64,000 nucleotides of DNA from the IMG/VR virus record IMGVR_UViG_3300009164_000065; one strand, written 5' to 3'. The notes below the pieces were generated by a model. That model did no database searches. It was not told where the DNA came from and was given only the letters and a program-made list of their open reading frames with translations. This document shows, piece after piece, positions 59,189-64,000 of the stretch. The first letter of the stretch is position 1; each line of letters begins with the position of its first letter. Origin of the DNA: an uncultured virus (IMG/VR IMGVR_UViG_3300009164_000065) (Duplodnaviria; Heunggongvirae; Uroviricota; Caudoviricetes). The translations under genes were made by a program, and so were the position numbers.

Positions 59189-61567
59189 ATGGCTCAGCTA
59201 GTTTCCCCAGGCGTAAGCGTATCAATTATTGATGAAAGCGCATACGCATCTGCAGGTAACGGTACTGTACCTGTTATTGTTTTAGCTTCTCGCTCAAACA
59301 AGAAAGCGCCGGACGGAACAGCCGCGCTATACACTACAGCACCTTACGCCACACGACCACTAATCGTTACAAGTCAACGAGAGTTGGTACAATTATATGG
59401 CGAACCAAAATTCACTATTGTTGACGGTACACCAGTACACGGGCATGAATTAAACGAATACGGCTTATTGGCCGCGTATTACTATTTAGGTGTTGCTAAT
59501 CGTGCAATTTTAGTACGTGCAGACTTAGATTTAGCTCAATTAGAGCCACAAGCAACAGAACCAGTGGGCCCAGCAACCAATGGACAATATTGGTTAGATA
59601 CAAATGATAGCGTATGGGGGCTTTTTGAAGCTGACGGTACTAAATGGAATGCAGTATCAGTGACACCATTTGATGGTGTGCCAGGCGCCGGCGTAGGAGC
59701 CAATGGGGACTATGCAGTTGACGCAAGTTCATCAGTTAAGAAATTCTATAAGAAAGTTGCAGGTGTGTGGTTACCAGTAACTTCATCGGCACTTAGTAAA
59801 ACAGTTACAGTTGCACCTCACTATAATGTGCCTACTCCAACATCTGGTACAGTTTGGTTTAAAACTACAAGTCCAAATGCTGGTTTTAGTCTAAAGCTAA
59901 AAAAGTACAATAGTAAGACACAAAGCTGGTCATTACAAACTGTTGGCGCAGGTAAGAAGCATGGCAATGTTGTTTATGTAGATAATGCAACAGCAATAGC
60001 TGATTTTGGTTCCGAGTTAACAACCAATGATGTTTACATTAAAGTCAGTGACAACACTAAAGCTGAATTCCAAGTTATGCGTTGGGACGGTGCCCAGTGG
60101 TCTGCAATAACTCCAAGTGCCAGCAATGACGCACCTACAGGTGCAACACCAAATGGTACATTATGGTATGATGCTGGTAACATGGTTGACATTTATATTA
60201 AAGACACTGTTGGGCCTAATGCAGTTTGGCTACCTGTTGAAAATGTAACAGTAAACACAGAAGAGCCAAGCGGACCAAGCAATGGCGATGTATGGGTTGA
60301 TACCAACGACATGGTAAACTATCCACTGATTAAAGTATACGACGGCAGTGATTGGATTGCACGTGATAATGCAGACCAAACTACACAAACTGGTGCATTA
60401 TTTGCTGATCTAACTGCAACTCCTGGTGATACAAGCGGAACAGGTGGCGGCGCAACAGCAATGGACAGTGAAGCCCCTAATCCAGCTTTTTATCCAGAAG
60501 GAATGATTTTATGGAATTCAGCAGTAAGTTCTGGAAACGTTAAAATGTATAACGCTACAGCAGGACACTGGCAAACTGAATCAGGTAACATTGATAGTGG
60601 ACCAAAAGCAGGCGCTCCATACATGTTTGACAAAGCACAACGTCGTGTTGTTGTTAAGCGTTTACAGGCTGCATTATCAAGTAACGAAGATTTACGTGCA
60701 GAAACATTGACATTTAATATTATTTCTACACCAGGCTACGTCGAATGTATTGATGAGATGGTTACATTAAACTCAGACCGTAAAGATACCGCATTTGTGA
60801 TTGCTGACACTCCAATGAAGTTATCAGACAAAACTACTGATGTTGTAAATTGGGCACTGGGCGCAGATGCTGGCACAAACGGTGCCGATGGTCTAGTAAC
60901 ACGCTCTGGTAGTGCCGCAATTTATTACCCAAGTGGTTTATCAACTGACTTGAGTGGAAACGATGTAGCAGTACCAGCAAGTCACTCAGTTCTACGTGGC
61001 ATTGCATACAATGACCAAATTGCTTATCCATGGTTTGCCCCAGCTGGTTTAACTCGTGGTGCATTAAGCGGTATTAGTAATCTTGGTGTTGTAACTAGCG
61101 AAAATGAATTTAAATCATTGGCATTGAATCAAGGTCAACGTGATGCTTTATATTTGAAGAACATTAATCCACTAGTAAACTTCCCAGGACAAGGTTTGTA
61201 TATTTGGGGTCAGAAGACATTATATCCATATGATTCTGCACTAGATCGAGTTAACGTTGGTCGTTTATTGGCTTACTTGCGTGAACGTTTTGATGTAATT
61301 GCTCGTCCGTTTATCTTTGAACCAAATGATCAAAAGACACGTGATCGTGTTTTAGCAGTGTTCAATAACTTCTTAGCTGACATGTATTCAAAACGTGCAG
61401 TATACGACTTCTTGGTTGTATGCGACAAGTCAAATAATACACCAGCACGTATTGATAAAAATGAATTGTATATTGACGTGGCAATTGAGCCAGTTAAGGC
61501 AGCAGAATTCGTTTACATTCCAATCCGAGTTGTTAATACTGGCGCAATTGCCAACAACACTAAATAA
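59189..61567 (+). CDS. gp18: Tail sheath protein, T4 gp18-like
   Basis: LVSPGVSV...DES, PWFAPAG..RG, RD.LY...INP, WGQKT, SALDRVNV.RL, FEPND..TR. Confidence 0.95.
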   Translation: MAQLVSPGVSVSIIDESAYASAGNGTVPVIVLASRSNKKAPDGTAALYTTAPYATRPLIVTSQRELVQLYGEPKFTIVDGTPVHGHELNEYGLLAAYYYLGVANRAILVRADLDLAQLEPQATEPVGPATNGQYWLDTNDSVWGLFEADGTKWNAVSVTPFDGVPGAGVGANGDYAVDASSSVKKFYKKVAGVWLPVTSSALSKTVTVAPHYNVPTPTSGTVWFKTTSPNAGFSLKLKKYNSKTQSWSLQTVGAGKKHGNVVYVDNATAIADFGSELTTNDVYIKVSDNTKAEFQVMRWDGAQWSAITPSASNDAPTGATPNGTLWYDAGNMVDIYIKDTVGPNAVWLPVENVTVNTEEPSGPSNGDVWVDTNDMVNYPLIKVYDGSDWIARDNADQTTQTGALFADLTATPGDTSGTGGGATAMDSEAPNPAFYPEGMILWNSAVSSGNVKMYNATAGHWQTESGNIDSGPKAGAPYMFDKAQRRVVVKRLQAALSSNEDLRAETLTFNIISTPGYVECIDEMVTLNSDRKDTAFVIADTPMKLSDKTTDVVNWALGADAGTNGADGLVTRSGSAAIYYPSGLSTDLSGNDVAVPASHSVLRGIAYNDQIAYPWFAPAGLTRGALSGISNLGVVTSENEFKSLALNQGQRDALYLKNINPLVNFPGQGLYIWGQKTLYPYDSALDRVNVGRLLAYLRERFDVIARPFIFEPNDQKTRDRVLAVFNNFLADMYSKRAVYDFLVVCDKSNNTPARIDKNELYIDVAIEPVKAAEFVYIPIRVVNTGAIANNTK

Positions 61568-61584
61568 GGGTAAGGAGAAATAAA

Positions 61585-62202
61585 ATGGCAGTCAATTTAG
61601 ACAAATTTAATGTACCAAACCCAGATGGTGGCTTTGGTGTTTTGGTTCAGCCAAAACTAAGCTATCGTTTCCGTGTTAGAATGGCTGACTTTGGTGACGG
61701 CGATACTATTGAACTAACAAGTCAAGTTGTTAGTGTTACTCGTCCAAGTTTAACACATGATGATATCACTCTTGATGTTTATAACTCAAGAATTTATCTA
61801 GCAGGTAAACATACTTGGGACCCAATTACCATTACAGTACGTGATGATATTACAAGCAGAGTAGCTAGATCAATTGCGGCTCAGTTACAACGCCAAGTCG
61901 ATCATGCTGATCAAGCATCGGCAAATTCAGGAAGTGGATATAAGTTTGCAATGTCGATTGAAAACTTAGACGGCGGCAATAGTAATCCAACAGTGTTGGA
62001 TTCGTGGCAATTGGCTGGTTGTTATATCCAAAATGTAAACTACGGTGAAAACAACTATTCAACCAGTGATGCATTGACAATCACTATTGCTATCAAGTAT
62101 GATAATGCTAACCACATGATTGACGGTACGTCTGCATTAGAAGGCGGCCTAGGCGGCAATGGTGATTCACCAAGTTCAGGCGGTACAGCACCAGAAGCTT
62201 AA
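61585..62202 (+). CDS. gp19: Tail tube protein, T4 gp19-like
   Basis: PKL.YRFRV, AGKHTWDPITIT.RDD, W.L.GC, I.I.YD; directly after sheath. Confidence 0.85.
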   Translation: MAVNLDKFNVPNPDGGFGVLVQPKLSYRFRVRMADFGDGDTIELTSQVVSVTRPSLTHDDITLDVYNSRIYLAGKHTWDPITITVRDDITSRVARSIAAQLQRQVDHADQASANSGSGYKFAMSIENLDGGNSNPTVLDSWQLAGCYIQNVNYGENNYSTSDALTITIAIKYDNANHMIDGTSALEGGLGGNGDSPSSGGTAPEA

Positions 62203-62234
62203 TATACAGCTTTAATTTAAAGTGATAAGTAAGT

Positions 62235-62291
62235 GCAAGCAGAGATGCTTGCCCTAACATAGAAGATAAAGGGCGAGAAATCGCCCTTTAT
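62235..62291 (+). terminator. Two GNRA-loop hairpins; the second is terminator-like
   Basis: GCAAGCA-GAGA-TGCTTGC and ATAAAGGGCGA-GAAA-TCGCCCTTTAT. Confidence 0.6.
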
Positions 62292-62301
62292 TATTGGACA
62301 C

Positions 62302-63642
62302 ATGTATACTAACCTTGCAACAAAGTTATTTTTAAACGGAAAAGATTCACATGCAGAGAACTCACCTCTGGAAGATGGGATGATTTTTGTAAAGTATGCA
62401 TGGGAAGTTAAAATAACTGGCGATGGAGAATCAGGACTGGCAAGTGCACCTCCAATGGTTGCCAAGACATGTGATTTACCAAAATGGCAAATTGATACCC
62501 AATTGGTAAATGTGTACAATCATAAGACTATTGTACAAACAAAAATGACATATGATCCGTTGACCATGACTTTTTATGATCAAGCGGGCGGGGAAGCAGA
62601 AGCATTAATAATGAATTTTATTAAGGCTCAATTTGATTCCACAGATGCAAGTAAAGCACCAACACAAAGTCCATTAACTATTGAGATTAAAATGAAAAAT
62701 CTCAGTGGTCCTGGCGCAACTGATAAAGTTTATACATTAAACAATGCTTACATCACTGATGTTCAACATGATACATTAGATTATTCAGCAAGCGATGCGG
62801 TTATGTGGACTATTACTGTTCGTTATGAAGATTTAGTAACTGCTGGATTTGATACACCACCACCTAAGGTAGGAACTGGTATTGCGTCAAAGCCAAAACC
62901 ACCAAAGCCAAAACCACCTGTTACAGTAACTCCAGTGGTTAAACCACCTCCTGCTGATGCAGTTAATAACGAAATACCCTACGGTAATCCAATGGGCGAT
63001 AATATTGGTGGAGGTTACGATGGACAAGGGTTAGGTATAGGTGATGCAATTATGTCTAATAGGAATAATGCTCCTGTAAAATCTACCCCAGCTAAAGAAT
63101 GGCCAACTCCCGCAGTTACTGGAAACAGTACATATCCTGCAAATGCAAGTGCTCCAGTTGCGGCCCGTCCAACAGAAGGATGGAAAGCTCAGCAGGTGTG
63201 GGATTCAAAATATGCAAGTGGATGGAATGCCGACGGTTCGTCAAAGATTGGAACAGCGGCAACACCAAGCACCGGAGCTCCAACAGCAAATACGCCAAAG
63301 ACATTGCCTGACAGTTATACAAATTCTCCTTCGGGATTTAACCCAGAGTGGCAAAAAGCCAGGGATGATTATTTGAAAGCACATCCACCGTTGACCAATT
63401 CTCCACAATCAAAACTGGCAGCAGAGCATGTTGCGGATGCGGCAGCACTAAGAGTTGCACCTAGATATGCCGCTCAAACAAGAACTGTACAATCAGACGG
63501 CACCATCGTAGATCGTGCAAATCTTTCACCAGGTGGAATGAATTCGACCACGACATCACAGGGGCAGTCAATTGCCAACACACAGGCACAGCGTGAGCAA
63601 TTGGCTCAACAACAAAAAGCAGGTCGAGGCAAAGATTATTAA
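62302..63642 (+). CDS. Tail-tube-fold protein (tube initiator-like) with long Pro/Ala/Thr-rich C-terminal extension
   Basis: K..DLPK..I.T...N.YN.K......YDPL.MTFYD and N..IT...HD.LDYS...T.RYE tube-like motifs in first ~180 aa. Confidence 0.7.
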   Translation: MYTNLATKLFLNGKDSHAENSPLEDGMIFVKYAWEVKITGDGESGLASAPPMVAKTCDLPKWQIDTQLVNVYNHKTIVQTKMTYDPLTMTFYDQAGGEAEALIMNFIKAQFDSTDASKAPTQSPLTIEIKMKNLSGPGATDKVYTLNNAYITDVQHDTLDYSASDAVMWTITVRYEDLVTAGFDTPPPKVGTGIASKPKPPKPKPPVTVTPVVKPPPADAVNNEIPYGNPMGDNIGGGYDGQGLGIGDAIMSNRNNAPVKSTPAKEWPTPAVTGNSTYPANASAPVAARPTEGWKAQQVWDSKYASGWNADGSSKIGTAATPSTGAPTANTPKTLPDSYTNSPSGFNPEWQKARDDYLKAHPPLTNSPQSKLAAEHVADAAALRVAPRYAAQTRTVQSDGTIVDRANLSPGGMNSTTTSQGQSIANTQAQREQLAQQQKAGRGKDY

Positions 63643-63644
63643 TT

Positions 63645-63932
63645 ATGGCATATAAAGTAATTCCCCAAATTGAGTTTGACAAAGCAGTACAGCAGGTACT
63701 AATAACCGGTATAGCTAGAACTCCAGCTGAGAATATTGTTATTGCTTTTTGGAAAGCCAGCATTGACTTAAACAAGAATTTTAAAATTCTAATAGAAAAA
63801 GCAACAGCATCAGGTAAGCTTAATGTTGATCAGGACGTACTAGATCATATCAATACTACGTTACCTAATACAATCTCTTATCATGTAAAAACATTAACAA
63901 CTGTTCCTCCTATTGCTAGACGTGAATTATAA
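63645..63932 (+). CDS. Hypothetical protein
   Basis: 95-aa ORF tightly packed between neighbours. Confidence 0.65.
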   Translation: MAYKVIPQIEFDKAVQQVLITGIARTPAENIVIAFWKASIDLNKNFKILIEKATASGKLNVDQDVLDHINTTLPNTISYHVKTLTTVPPIARREL

Positions 63933-64000
63933 TGGCAAACAACTATTCGCAAGGTTTTTACACAGTACTTCATCCTGAAAAATATGTAGGAAAAGGCGCC
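63932..64000 (+). CDS. 5' end of head-completion protein, T4 gp4-like (truncated by window)
   Basis: TAATG overlap; MANNYSQGFYTVLHPEKYVGKG matches QG.Y....P.KY.G N-terminus of that family. Confidence 0.6.
   Translation, partial: MANNYSQGFYTVLHPEKYVGKGA

Noticed and set aside
1..64000. tRNA genes, integrase, transposase, alternative genetic code
   Set aside because: No cloverleaf seen in intergenic gaps, no such ORFs, and core genes are full length under the standard code

Overview
The whole 64 kb is a densely coded, AT-rich segment of a large T4-like (contractile-tailed, probably jumbo) dsDNA phage genome; no cellular housekeeping genes, tRNAs, rRNA or CRISPR array are visible. It holds the virion morphogenesis region: a minus-strand baseplate block (giant 3.8-kaa wedge protein, gp6/gp25/gp5/gp27/gp53-like), a plus-strand early/middle block (gp55-like late sigma factor, MazG-like NTP pyrophosphatase, PD-(D/E)xK nuclease, gp47/gp46, histone-H1-like protein, GIY-YIG nuclease), gp26/gp51-like genes, tape measure, head module (gp20-gp23), holin, two long repeat-rich fibre genes (one frameshifted), a glycosyltransferase, Nudix, neck genes (gp15/14/13), dNMP kinase, tail sheath and tube. 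Family assignments are by recognised motifs and synteny only, no database search was run. The most interesting signals are: a ~390-nt highly structured non-coding region directly behind a minimal GIY-YIG nuclease; a likely -1 programmed frameshift joining the gp26- and gp51-like genes; a 22-aa motif conserved at protein level in two unrelated tail proteins 43 kb apart; late promoters (TAARTA) placed in the loops of hairpins that hide ribosome-binding sites; many apparently leaderless transcripts; and a mirror-ordered repeat architecture in a fibre gene.
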